Shown: positions 1-8,729, numbered from the stretch's first letter. The stretch is 16,137 bases of DNA from Chlamydiota bacterium (GCA_037133055.1 JBAXOY010000073.1:1-16137), one strand, 5' to 3'. Numbers and translations are program-made. The notes: generated by a model not told the origin, from the letters alone.

Positions 1-1
1 C

Positions 2-317
2 GAAGCCGCCGATCACATCGCTGGGCTGATTGCCGGTGCTGATGGCGGATCGGTCGACGATCCGCTGCTCGAGGTGATCGGCCGCGGCACCCCCGCCGAG
101 CTCGACGAGCGCCACGATCGGCTCCGACGGGCCATCCGAGACTTCGACACCGCGACGATCAGCACCATCCACGGCTTCTGCTCACAGGTGCGGTCGTCCA
201 TGGGCGTCTTGTCACCCGACAACATCGACGCCGTACCGGCAGAGTCCGAAGGCGAACTCATCGGGCAGGTCTGCGCTGACCTGTTGTTCCGCCAGCTCGA
301 CGAAGCCGTCGAGGATC
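2..317 (+). CDS. recB: Internal fragment of a RecB/UvrD-family helicase-nuclease (exodeoxyribonuclease V beta-like), open at the window start and apparently broken at ~317
   Basis: Frame 2 is open from the edge and reads EAADHIAG...DPLLEVIGRGTPAELDERHDRLRRAIRDFDTATISTIHGFCSQV. RL..A..DFD.A.I.TIHGFC is the RecB/AddA-type UvrD helicase motif. After ~317 the frame is just the antisense of the PHP gene. Confidence 0.7.
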
Positions 318-481
318 CCCTCGGCGGCCGCGGCCTCGAGCGCCTCGCCGATGCCGTTCACCGTGTCGTGGTCGGCGATCCCCAGCGCCGAGAGCCCGGC
401 CTCCCGCGCCTTGCGCACGAGTTCGGCCGGAGCGAAGAGGCCGTCGGAGGCGTTCGTATGGACGTGCAGGTCAATGCGCAT
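314..481 (-). CDS. N-terminal part of a PHP-domain metal-dependent phosphoesterase (TrpH/YciV-like), truncated
   Basis: MRIDLHVHTNASDG (HxH...SDG) and ALGIADHDT motifs. Similarity stops right after AAAAEGI, where a PGVE-type motif would be expected. An alternative in-frame ATG at 538 overlaps the upstream stop (TGATG). Confidence 0.8.
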
Positions 482-537
482 TAGGTGACGGGGGGCGGGC
501 CGACGCGTTTCACGGCGATTTCCGCCGGAGCCGGGCA

Positions 538-936
538 TCACGGCTTCTCGATGGTGCAGCGGACGTCGTTGTCCTTTCTCTCGAAGAGAATCGAGCCCCT
601 CTTGCCGGTTTGTATCGCGTAGCGTTCACCGGGCGGCTGGAGGCCGAGGAGGACGTCCCGCACGTAAACCCTGAACTCGCCGGCGGAGAGCTTCTTGTAA
701 TCGGGCCGCCATTTGAGGAGCATATCGGTGACGAATCGAACGTCGTCCCCTGACCAGGGTTCCGCCTTGCAGGAGTAATTGGTTTTTTCGCCCGCATCCG
801 CGGCGCGCGGGGGGAGCCCCGCCCACGGGAACGCGAGCGCGGCGAGCGCCAGCGAGAGGATGGCCGTTCGGCACCGCCCGCCCCGCCTGAGCGAGAGCGA
901 TGGCGGGCAGGCACGCACGCTACACGCGGTAGACAT
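538..936 (-). CDS. Hypothetical exported protein, ~130 aa (start uncertain: ATG 936 or GTG 918)
   Basis: 3' part of ORF 538..1584. Basic N-terminus, a hydrophobic stretch AILSLALAALAFPWAG, then a globular-looking region with two Cys (NYSCK...VRCTIEKP). Tightly packed between its neighbours. Confidence 0.6.
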   Translation of the reverse strand: MSTACSVRACPPSLSLRRGGRCRTAILSLALAALAFPWAGLPPRAADAGEKTNYSCKAEPWSGDDVRFVTDMLLKWRPDYKKLSAGEFRVYVRDVLLGLQPPGERYAIQTGKRGSILFERKDNDVRCTIEKP

Positions 937-1123
937 AGTTGACGATTTCATCGACCTTCTTCTCGATCGCCGCGGAGGAGGATGACTCGAACTCCCAGCG
1001 AAGGTTCTGGAGGATGCGTTTCTTCGCGTATTCCTTCGTGCGCGCGAGGCTCTGGAAAAGCCGCGCCCGTTCCGCGATTTCGTCGAGGTGCATTTTCTGG
1101 AACGCGCTGCCCTTGGCCGCCAT
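920..1123 (-). CDS. Small helical hypothetical protein (67 aa)
   Basis: ATG at 1123 preceded by GGAGG (acgggaggaccaATG) and by a consensus-like promoter. Protein-like amphipathic sequence MAAKGSAFQKMHLDEIAERARLFQSL...VDEIVNYVYRV. Confidence 0.75.
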   Translation of the reverse strand: MAAKGSAFQKMHLDEIAERARLFQSLARTKEYAKKRILQNLRWEFESSSSAAIEKKVDEIVNYVYRV

Positions 1124-1177
1124 TGGTCCTCCCGTTTCGGTCTTCCTGGAATCGGCTGTTCCCGGATCATCCACACC

Positions 1178-1206
1178 AGTATAGCCGATGCGCGCGGCAT
1201 CGTCAA
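1178..1206 (-). promoter_or_regulatory. Sigma70-type promoter for the 67-aa gene / exported protein / PHP cluster
   Basis: Minus strand reads TTGACG-17 nt-TATACT. The -35 box overlaps the stop codon of the glycosyltransferase gene. Confidence 0.7.
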
Positions 1207-3173
1207 CGGCGGCTGCGCCCCGTGTCCGCGGCCTGATCCATCCGCGGCTCGATGGAGAGGGAATCGACCCAGAGGTCCGCCGCGCCGGTGTGGATGATCC
1301 TCAGGTAGAGCGGCTCCCGACCCGGCGTGTCGAAATCGAGGTCTACCGCGCGGTAGCCGCCGGAATCCCCGCCGCCCGGGAGCGACAGCTCGCGCGACGC
1401 GAGGGTGACGGCGTCCTTGCCGGCGAGCGCCGCGATCCGGGCGAGGGGAACGCCGGCCTTCGCGCGGGCGCACCGCATCCGGGCGGTCAGGCGGTAGGCC
1501 CCCGGTTCGAGGGGATGGCCGGGCCCTTTCACGAGCGCCCCGGGCGGCGATGCGTCCCGGTCCGCGTGGCGCGCCCATCCGCACGAGGCCGTTTCGTCGG
1601 GGACTCCGGCGTCCCCCGTTTCGGCTGGAAGATCCCGGGCGTCATACCGCCGCCGCCGCGTGAGCCATGCGCGGTGGAGCTCCGCCACGGAGCCGTCGGG
1701 GAGGGGATAGGCGTTGAGCTTCTCGAGGTGGAGCCACGGCGTGATGAACCGCAGGAGCTGCTCCCGCTGGCCCCCGGTGAGGATGCGCGTGAGGATGAAA
1801 TCCGCGTGACGCGGGTGCGCCCAGACCACCGGGTACCCGCCCGCCTCGATGCAGTGGAGGATCGCCGCGCGGTTGAAGCGGGGGTGGGGGGCGATGAACC
1901 AGCCGAGCGAGACCTGCCCCGCTCCCGCCCGGCCTGCGAGGTCGCGCATGATCTCGTCGAGACGCCAGTTCTCCCTTCGGGGGGGCCCCATCTCCCCGCG
2001 GGGGATCACGCTGCGGATGACGAGAGCCCTGAAGTCGCGCGTCCCGAGCGGGAGGGAAATGTCGATCGGCTTCCGCGTGAGGGGGAACGTGAGGGTGACG
2101 GTGTTGAACGCCGCCGCAAGGGCGGCGGCAGCGACCAGGCCCGCCCGCGCCGCGGGGCGCGACAGCATCGCGATGCCCGCGGCGGTGATGAGCGCCGCGG
2201 CCGGAAGCGCCGGGGCGAAGATCCTCGGATCGCCGGCGCCGGAGAGCCCGAGCGCGAGGAGCGGGATGAAGAACCAGGCGATGAGCGCGGGGTCCGCCCG
2301 GCGCCGGGCGAGGGCGGAGACGAGGCCCGCGAGGAAGAGCGCCGTCATCGGAAGGAAGAGCGCCGAATCGAGGAGGGCGCACGGATACCGGAGGAGGCCC
2401 CCGGGAGAGAGCCGAGGGAGGAGCAGGCGCCACGATCCCGCATGGAGCGCGTACCAGGGCGCGGCCGCAAGGGCGGCGACGCCCGCGGCCGCCGCGAACA
2501 GTCCGGACCTTCGGGCGCGGGAGCCGCGGTAGCGGAGCGTGCGGCGGGGCGCGAAGAAGACGCACGCGACGGGTGGCGCGGCGAAGAGCGGGAACGAGGC
2601 GGAGGCGAGCATGCCCAGGCCGAAGGCCAGCCCGAGGGCGAGATGCCACGAAACCCGGCGCGAGCGCTCGGCGCGCAGCGCCGCATAGACGGCGGCGGCG
2701 GCGAGCGCCGCTTCCGCCGTCCCGGGCAGTTGGTATCTCGGGAGGCAGAGGGCGAGCGGATATGAGACGGCGATCGCGGCGGCGGCGACGCCCGTCCCCT
2801 CGCCGTAGAGGATGCTCCCGATGCCGAACACCGAGACGAGGAGGAGCGCGATGCAGGCGGCATTCACGATGCCGCCCGCCGGGCCCGGCGCGACGCCGCA
2901 CGCGCGGATCGGGACGGTGGCGGCGAAAAGGAGCGGGGGCGGATCGGACGCGAGGCGGGCGGCGAGGAGGCGGGGACGCTCCCGGATCGGCGCCGCGAGG
3001 ATCGCCTGCCAGCGGAGGCCCGCGCGGAGGCGCTCCGCCTCGTCCTTCAGGGGGGGGAGGGTGTCGCCGCGGTGCCACCAGGCGATCCCCGCCGCGGAGA
3101 GGACCGCGATGAGGAGCAGGATGAGCCACGGGCGCGCGAGGGCTTCAGAGGCGTGAAAACGCGATGCGGCCAT
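1203..3173 (-). CDS. GT-C fold (ArnT/PMT-like) integral-membrane glycosyltransferase with a C-terminal soluble domain
   Basis: N-terminal TM followed by PPLKDEA (DE motif), then PPPL, many TM helices, LALGLAFGLGMLA, APWY and DPRIFAPALPA. The C-terminus contains KGPGHPLEPGAYRL, typical of beta-sandwich domains appended to such enzymes. Confidence 0.65.
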   Translation of the reverse strand: MAASRFHASEALARPWLILLLIAVLSAAGIAWWHRGDTLPPLKDEAERLRAGLRWQAILAAPIRERPRLLAARLASDPPPLLFAATVPIRACGVAPGPAGGIVNAACIALLLVSVFGIGSILYGEGTGVAAAAIAVSYPLALCLPRYQLPGTAEAALAAAAVYAALRAERSRRVSWHLALGLAFGLGMLASASFPLFAAPPVACVFFAPRRTLRYRGSRARRSGLFAAAAGVAALAAAPWYALHAGSWRLLLPRLSPGGLLRYPCALLDSALFLPMTALFLAGLVSALARRRADPALIAWFFIPLLALGLSGAGDPRIFAPALPAAALITAAGIAMLSRPAARAGLVAAAALAAAFNTVTLTFPLTRKPIDISLPLGTRDFRALVIRSVIPRGEMGPPRRENWRLDEIMRDLAGRAGAGQVSLGWFIAPHPRFNRAAILHCIEAGGYPVVWAHPRHADFILTRILTGGQREQLLRFITPWLHLEKLNAYPLPDGSVAELHRAWLTRRRRYDARDLPAETGDAGVPDETASCGWARHADRDASPPGALVKGPGHPLEPGAYRLTARMRCARAKAGVPLARIAALAGKDAVTLASRELSLPGGGDSGGYRAVDLDFDTPGREPLYLRIIHTGAADLWVDSLSIEPRMDQAADTGRSRR

Positions 3174-3198
3174 GGCGGTTATCCTAATGTAGCGCGGC

Positions 3199-3503
3199 AC
3201 GCGGATGAACGCGGATTGTCAGGATAGACAGGATACAAAAGGGGGACAAAAGCGGCTGGATACTGAAATCGGACGCAGATTTCGCAGATGAACGCAGATG
3301 GGGGAACAGCCCCAGGTCAGAGGTTCAAAACCAAAGGTTCACTATTGCTTTTTGCTTTGGGCCTTGAACTTTCAACCGTAGTTTGATCTGCGTGCTCTGC
3401 GTTCATCTGCGTCCCGAATGCCGTTTCCCTTTATATCTTCACGCCGTAGTCTTATCTGCGTTCATCCTGATGATCCGCGTTCATCTGCGTCCAGGCGTCG
3501 AAG
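3199..3503. repeat. Nested inverted-repeat element built from ACGCRGATGA / TCATCYGCGT units
   Basis: Outer arms 3199-3225 and 3464-3490, middle arms 3271-3299 and 3386-3414, inner arms ~3322-3336 and ~3355-3370. Confidence 0.85.
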
Positions 3504-3519
3504 CGTATATCTCCGCCGC

Positions 3520-3984
3520 TCAATCGGCGCGCGTCTCCTCCTCGGAGATGAGACGGAACGCCTCCTCCGGGGTCGGGGCGGCGCGGAGATTCTCCAGGAA
3601 CTCGCCGCTCTCGGACAGCTTGGCGATGTTGGCGAGCGCCTTCACGTGGGGGCCCGACATGCCGGTTGGCGCGGCGAGGAAGAAGAAGATGTGGGACGGC
3701 TTGCCGTCCATGGCGTCGAAGTCGATCCCCTCCGGAGAGACGGCGAGCGAGCAGGTGAGCTCGCGCACCGCGTCGGTCTTGCAGTGGGGCACCGCGATCC
3801 CCCGCTCCAGCCCGGTGCTGCCCTCCGCCTCGCGCGCCATCGTCGCGTCCACGAGCAGGTTTTTGTCGGCGACCTTCCCCGCCGCGACGAGTATCCCCAC
3901 GAGCTCCTCGACGATGCCGCGCTTGTCGCGGTTGCGGAGCCCGATCTGTATCAGCCGCGGGGTGAGCAGTTGGGTCAGAAGCAT
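3520..3984 (-). CDS. PTS EIIA-domain protein (fructose/mannitol/nitrogen-regulatory EIIA-2 family)
   Basis: AREAEGSTGLERGIAVPHCK with the phospho-accepting His, plus GIDFDAMDGKPSHIFF and HVKALANIAKL. Confidence 0.9.
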   Translation of the reverse strand: MLLTQLLTPRLIQIGLRNRDKRGIVEELVGILVAAGKVADKNLLVDATMAREAEGSTGLERGIAVPHCKTDAVRELTCSLAVSPEGIDFDAMDGKPSHIFFFLAAPTGMSGPHVKALANIAKLSESGEFLENLRAAPTPEEAFRLISEEETRAD

Positions 3985-4034
3985 GGATGTGCCTTTCTAT
4001 AGTAGTGAGGGATATCCCTCGTGACCACTCGGGT

Positions 4035-4149
4035 AGTCAGAAGTCAGGAGCCGAAATCCAGAATGGATCGCGAATACGCTTCCGGAAATATCGCCGCCGG
4101 CGCCCTCATTCCAAGTCCTGGCTCCTGACTTCTGAATTCCGGCTCCTGA
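4035..4149. repeat. Heptamer-unit inverted-repeat element
   Basis: Left arm AGTCAGA AGTCAGG AGCCGAA ATCCAGA; right arm TCCTGGC TCCTGAC TTCTGAA TTCCGGC TCCTGA. Perfect 16-bp inverted pair at 4037-4052 / 4120-4135. Confidence 0.85.
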
Positions 4150-4164
4150 GCAGTTACGATCCAT

Positions 4165-4659
4165 CTATTCGATGCCGTCGTACAGCTCCCGGATCTTCTC
4201 GTCGCCCTTGACGACCAGGACCGGGCACCGCGCCTCGCGGAAGATACGCTCCCCCTCGTCGAAGTAGCAGTCCCTGCGCGAGCGCGGGGCATCGAGCTCC
4301 CCCATGACCAGCAGGTCCGCCTCGAGCTCCCGGGCCCTCTGCGTGACGAGCGTGTGGACATCTCCCTTCTCGAGGACCGTGGTGATCCCGACGCCCTTCG
4401 CCTCGGCGAGGTCCCGCACGTGGTTCAGGTACCGCCTCCCGTCCTCCTCGAGGTCGTGCGCGTAATCCATCTCCTCCATGCGGATGAAGATGCGCGCCTT
4501 GAGCAGGTCCCCGAGTATCTTTGTGTCCACCACATAGATGGCGATGAGCTCGGCCCCCAGCAGACGCGCGAGCGCCACCGCGTACTGCGCGGCGAGGAGG
4601 GCCCGCTCGTTGCCCCCGATGCTGACCATGATCCGCCTGATGCCGTGGGCGAGCGCCAT
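4165..4659 (-). CDS. Universal stress protein (UspA family)
   Basis: IRRIMVSIGG...AAQYAVALARLLGAELIAIYVVD, then ARELEADLLVMG and IFREARCPVLVVK. GGAGG RBS; starts 4 nt after the subunit D stop. Confidence 0.9.
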   Translation of the reverse strand: MALAHGIRRIMVSIGGNERALLAAQYAVALARLLGAELIAIYVVDTKILGDLLKARIFIRMEEMDYAHDLEEDGRRYLNHVRDLAEAKGVGITTVLEKGDVHTLVTQRARELEADLLVMGELDAPRSRRDCYFDEGERIFREARCPVLVVKGDEKIRELYDGIE

Positions 4660-4663
4660 GGGG

Positions 4664-5311
4664 TCAGCGGTCCTCCCCGGATTCGGCCCGCGCGCGAGAG
4701 AGGCGCGCCTTGATCAACTTGAGAATGAAAAACGCCTCCCGGTCGGACTCCTCGAGGGCGTCCAGGATGTATTTTAAGACGTCCGAGTAATCGGGGATAT
4801 ATATTTTTTCGAGCGCATTCACGCGCCGGATGCTCTTTTTGACCTCGCGCGCGAGCCGTATGACCGAAATGCGCATCCCGGCGAGGTCGTCCAGGCGCTT
4901 CAAAACCACCGCAAAGCGGCGCTGGGCCTCGTCGAGCCAGAAGCTTGTCGGCCGGTGGGCGTAGAAGGGCGGGGCCCCGCGCGGGGTCGACCGCACGGTC
5001 GGGAGGTTCACCCCCATCACCCTCCGCTCGGTGATGCGCGTCTCGACGGTGATCCCGACGGCCCAGGATGCCTCCCTGACGCCCCGCACCCCGATGGCGA
5101 GCATCGCCTCCTCGAGCGCGGCGTAGGCCCCGGCGAGCTCCTCGTCGAGGATCCGCTGCGCGTTCGTGGCGGCGGCCATGAGTCCGAGGAGCTCGGCGAC
5201 GAGGATGTCGCGCTTCTTCGTGAGGAGCTCGTGCCCCTCCCGGGCGAAGGCGAGGCTCGTCTTTGTCTTGATCAGGTTCGACTTTGTCGGGGCGATCGCG
5301 GAGCGCGCCAT
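4664..5311 (-). CDS. ntpD: V/A-type ATP synthase subunit D
   Basis: APTKSNL...AREGHELLTKKRDIL and EVKKSIRRVNALEKIYIP...LEESDREAFF. Confidence 0.95.
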   Translation of the reverse strand: MARSAIAPTKSNLIKTKTSLAFAREGHELLTKKRDILVAELLGLMAAATNAQRILDEELAGAYAALEEAMLAIGVRGVREASWAVGITVETRITERRVMGVNLPTVRSTPRGAPPFYAHRPTSFWLDEAQRRFAVVLKRLDDLAGMRISVIRLAREVKKSIRRVNALEKIYIPDYSDVLKYILDALEESDREAFFILKLIKARLSRARAESGEDR

Positions 5312-5330
5312 GGGGTGCCGCCTTACGGGC

Positions 5331-6725
5331 TCACGCCCGGTAATGCCTGTCCATCTCCTCGTCCGTCATCCGGTGGAGCTCGTCGCGGGGCAGCGCGGAG
5401 AGGACCCGCCAGCCGAGGTCGAGCGTCTCGCCGATCGAGCGGTCCTCGTGCTCTCCCTGGCTCAGGAACTTCTCCTCGAAATCCCTCCCGAACTTGAGGT
5501 AGGTGGTGTCGAGCGGGCTCAACTCCTCCTCGCCGATGACCGAGGCGAGGGCCCGGAGGTCTTTCACGTGGGCGTACGCCTCGAAGAGCTGGCTGGCGAG
5601 GTGCGCGTGGTCCTCGCGGGTCATCCCCGCGCCGATGCCGTCCTTCATGAGGCGCGAGAGCGAGGGGAGGCCGGCGATCGGGGGGTAGATCCCGCGCTGG
5701 AAGAGCTCCCGCTCGAGGACGATCTGCCCCTCGGTGATGAAACCGGTGAGGTCGGGGATCGGGTGCGTGATGTCGTCGTTCGGCATCGTCAGGATCGGGA
5801 TCTGGGTGATCGAGCCGGGGCACCCCTGGATCATGCCGGCCCGCTCGTAGATGCTCGCCAGGTCGCTGTACAGGTAGCCGGGGTACCCCTTCCGGCTCGG
5901 GATGTCGCCCCGCGCCGTCGCGATCTCGCGCAGGCTCTCGCCGTAGTTGGACATGTCGGTGAGGACGACGAGCACGTGCATGCCGACGGTGAAGGCGAGG
6001 TGCTCGGCGAGCGTCAGCGCCGCCCGCGGCGTGGTGAGGCGCTCCACGGAGGGGTCGTCGGCGAGGTTGAGGAAAAGCGCCACGTTCTCGAGCACGCCGC
6101 TCTCCTCGAAGCTGTCGATGAAGAAGCGGGCCGTGTCGTACTTGATCCCCATGGCCGCGAAAACGACACAGAACTGCGCCCCCTCGCCGAGGATCTTCGC
6201 CTGGCGGGTGATCTGCGCGGCGATGCGGTTGTGCGGCAGGCCGCTCCCGGAAAAGATCGGGAGCTTCTGGCCGCGGATGAGGGTGTTCATCCCGTCTATC
6301 GCGGAGATGCCGGTCTGGATGAACTGCCGGGGGTACTCCCGCGCGGTCGGGTTGATGGGCAGGCCGTTCACGTTGAGCGAGATCTCGCTGATCGGCTCCG
6401 GCCCGTTGTCGCGCGGGCGCCCGATGCCGTCGAAGACCCGCCCGAGCATCTCGCGCGACACCGGGATCTCGAGCGGCCGCCCGAAGAAGCGGACCCGGGT
6501 TCCGGGGATGGTGAGCCCCATCGTCCCCTCGAAGACCTGCATCGCGACCAGGGTGTCGGAGGACTCGAGGATGAGGCCCAGGCGGACCCGCCCGTCGGCG
6601 CCGCGCACCTCGGCGAGCTCGTTGTAGCCCACGGCCCCCGCGCCCCTGACGATCACGAGCGGCCCCATGATCTCGCCGACCCCGAGGTACTCCCGCCCGC
6701 TCAGCGCCCGCTCAGCGCCGCCCAT
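5331..6725 (-). CDS. ntpB: V/A-type ATP synthase subunit B
   Basis: [50 protein letters not shown] and [22 protein letters not shown] at 6725 follows GGAGG and overlaps the end of subunit A. Confidence 0.97.
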   Translation of the reverse strand: MGGAERALSGREYLGVGEIMGPLVIVRGAGAVGYNELAEVRGADGRVRLGLILESSDTLVAMQVFEGTMGLTIPGTRVRFFGRPLEIPVSREMLGRVFDGIGRPRDNGPEPISEISLNVNGLPINPTAREYPRQFIQTGISAIDGMNTLIRGQKLPIFSGSGLPHNRIAAQITRQAKILGEGAQFCVVFAAMGIKYDTARFFIDSFEESGVLENVALFLNLADDPSVERLTTPRAALTLAEHLAFTVGMHVLVVLTDMSNYGESLREIATARGDIPSRKGYPGYLYSDLASIYERAGMIQGCPGSITQIPILTMPNDDITHPIPDLTGFITEGQIVLERELFQRGIYPPIAGLPSLSRLMKDGIGAGMTREDHAHLASQLFEAYAHVKDLRALASVIGEEELSPLDTTYLKFGRDFEEKFLSQGEHEDRSIGETLDLGWRVLSALPRDELHRMTDEEMDRHYRA

Positions 6726-8514
6726 GGCGCGCCTCCAGTTCCGCGATCGAGCGATCGAGCTCCGCCGCCATCCGGTCGAGCGCCGCAAGGTCGTCGTTTC
6801 GCACCGTCTGCCGCATCCGCATCATCTCCCGGTAGACCTTCAGCCCCCGCACCGCGACGAGCGTCGCCCCCTTCTGGATCGCCCGGTTTCCCAGACGGTA
6901 GAAGGCGAGGATGAGGGAGAGCATCTTCACCTGCTTCTCGATCGGGGAGTACGCGTCGAGCTCGCTGAACGCGTCCTGCTGAAGGAACGAGTTCTTGAAC
7001 AGGGCGCAGGTCTCGAGGACGATGCGCTGCGAGTCCGGCAGGACGTCGGGCCCCACCAGCTTCACCACCTGCTGGAGACGGTTCTCCTGCTGGAGGAGCC
7101 CCATGATTTCGGTGCGGAGCCCCTTCCACTGCGGGAACCCCTGCGCCTCCCACCAGGGGGCGAGGTCGTCGACGTACTCGCTGTAGGAGTCGAGCCAGCT
7201 CACCGCGGGGTAGTGGCGGGCGTTGGCAAGCTGGCGGTCGAGCACCCAGAGGGCGCGCACAAAGCGCTTCGAGTGCTGTGTCACCGGCTCGGAGAAATCT
7301 CCGCCGGGCGGCGAGACGGAGCCGATCACCGTGACGGAACCCTCGCCTCCCCCGAGCGTGGTCACCATCCCGCCGCGCTCGTAGAACTCGGCGAGGCGGG
7401 TGGGGAGGTACGAGGGGAAGCCCTCGTCCGCGGGGAGCTCCTCGAGCCGACCCGAGAGCTCCCGCAGGGCCTCGGCCCACCGCGAGGTCGAGTCGGCCAT
7501 CACCGCGACGTGGTAGCCCATGTCGCGGTAGTACTCGGCGAGCGTGATGCCCGTGTAGATCGACGCCTCGCGGGCCGCCACCGGCATGTTCGAGGTGTTG
7601 GCGATCATGATCGTCCGTTCCATGAGCGGCCTGCCGGTGCGGGGGTCGACGAGCCTCGGAAACTCGGTGAGCACGTCGGTCATCTCGTTCCCGCGCTCCC
7701 CGCAGCCGATGAAGATGATCACCTGCGCGTCGCACCACTTGGCGAGGGCGTGCTGGATCATCGTCTTGCCCGTCCCGAACCCGCCCGGGACCACCACGGT
7801 GCCGCCCTTGGCGAGCGGAAAGAGGGTATCGATCACGCGCTGCCCGGTGACGAGCAGCGCCGAGGGCGACATCTTCCGCGCGTAGGGGCGCCCCCTCCTG
7901 ACCGGCCAGCGCTGGCAGAGCGTCACCGCCCGCTCCCCCCCGGCGCCGGCGACGACGGCGATCGCGTCGTCGAGGCGGTACTCTCCCTCGGGGGCGACCG
8001 ACGCGAGCGTCCCCTCGACCCCCGGGGGCGCCATGACCCGGTGCTCTACGCTCTCCGTTTCCATGACCGAGGCGATGACCTCGCCGCCGCGGACGGCGTC
8101 CCCGGCCTTCACCCGGGGCGTCACGCGCCACGCCCGCTCCCGGTCGAGGGCGGGGAGGTGGATGCCGCGCTGGATGTAGTGCCCGGTCGTGTCGCGGATC
8201 ACGGTGAGCGGCCGCTGGATGCCGTCGAAAATGCCGCCGAGAAGGCCGGGGCCGAGCTCGACCGAGAGGGGCATCCCGGAGCCGAAGACGCTCTCCCCCG
8301 GTCTCACCCCCGTCGTGTCCTCGTAGACCTGGATGGAGGCAATCTCCCCGTCGAGGCGGACGATCTCGCCGACGAGGCGGTCGTTGCCGACCTCGACGAG
8401 CTCCAGCATCTGGGCGTCCCGGACGCCGCGCGCCTGCACGAGCGGCCCGACGATCCGGCTCACCCTGCCGATCACCATCCCGCTGTCGCTGCCCATGATT
8501 CCCGCCTGTTTCAT
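6712..8514 (-). CDS. ntpA: V/A-type ATP synthase catalytic subunit A
   Basis: Walker [46 protein letters not shown] and [13 protein letters not shown]. 600 aa, so no intein. Confidence 0.97.
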   Translation of the reverse strand: MKQAGIMGSDSGMVIGRVSRIVGPLVQARGVRDAQMLELVEVGNDRLVGEIVRLDGEIASIQVYEDTTGVRPGESVFGSGMPLSVELGPGLLGGIFDGIQRPLTVIRDTTGHYIQRGIHLPALDRERAWRVTPRVKAGDAVRGGEVIASVMETESVEHRVMAPPGVEGTLASVAPEGEYRLDDAIAVVAGAGGERAVTLCQRWPVRRGRPYARKMSPSALLVTGQRVIDTLFPLAKGGTVVVPGGFGTGKTMIQHALAKWCDAQVIIFIGCGERGNEMTDVLTEFPRLVDPRTGRPLMERTIMIANTSNMPVAAREASIYTGITLAEYYRDMGYHVAVMADSTSRWAEALRELSGRLEELPADEGFPSYLPTRLAEFYERGGMVTTLGGGEGSVTVIGSVSPPGGDFSEPVTQHSKRFVRALWVLDRQLANARHYPAVSWLDSYSEYVDDLAPWWEAQGFPQWKGLRTEIMGLLQQENRLQQVVKLVGPDVLPDSQRIVLETCALFKNSFLQQDAFSELDAYSPIEKQVKMLSLILAFYRLGNRAIQKGATLVAVRGLKVYREMMRMRQTVRNDDLAALDRMAAELDRSIAELEARHGRR

Positions 8515-8546
8515 GAAGGGTTAATCCGAAACTTACCAGATACTGT

Positions 8547-8728
8547 GGGACGCAGATAAACGCAGATTGTCAGGATAGTCAGGATACAACTACTTCTTTT
8601 GTTTTCGAAAGAGAATCAAATTGTTACCGCTATTGTATCTGCGTCCCGGCGTTGAAACATTTCTGGGCTGTTTTCCAATCCGCGCGCATCCGCGGCGATC
8701 CGCGTCCAAAACACGGATTTAGTTTCCC
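8547..8728. repeat. ACGCAGAT-family inverted-repeat element between subunits E and A
   Basis: GGGACGCAGATA (8547-8558) pairs with TATCTGCGTCCC (8636-8647). The left arm is near-identical to 3199-3238 and the right part is near-identical to 13651-13761. Confidence 0.85.
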
Positions 8729-8729
8729 A

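Noticed and set aside
74..541. Complete 136-aa (+) or 109-aa (-) proteins as listed in the ORF track
   Set aside because: Each reads through the junction at ~314-317 into the antisense of the other gene, so their C-termini are not credible.
937..1584. N-terminal two-thirds of the 348-aa ORF 538..1584
   Set aside because: It overlaps the glycosyltransferase end, a promoter and the 67-aa gene, and is low-complexity. Only the 3' part looks coding.
3199..3503. CRISPR array
   Set aside because: Units are ~10 nt, degenerate and inverted, with no constant 25-40 nt repeat, no regular spacers and no cas genes.
6744..6761. GATCGAGC x2 at the end of subunit A, resembling the 12211-12250 repeat
   Set aside because: Only two copies, in frame within ordinary coding sequence (ELDRSIAE), so probably coincidence.
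6712..8514. Intein in ATPase subunit A
   Set aside because: The length is normal and the GCGERGNEM and Walker A regions are uninterrupted.
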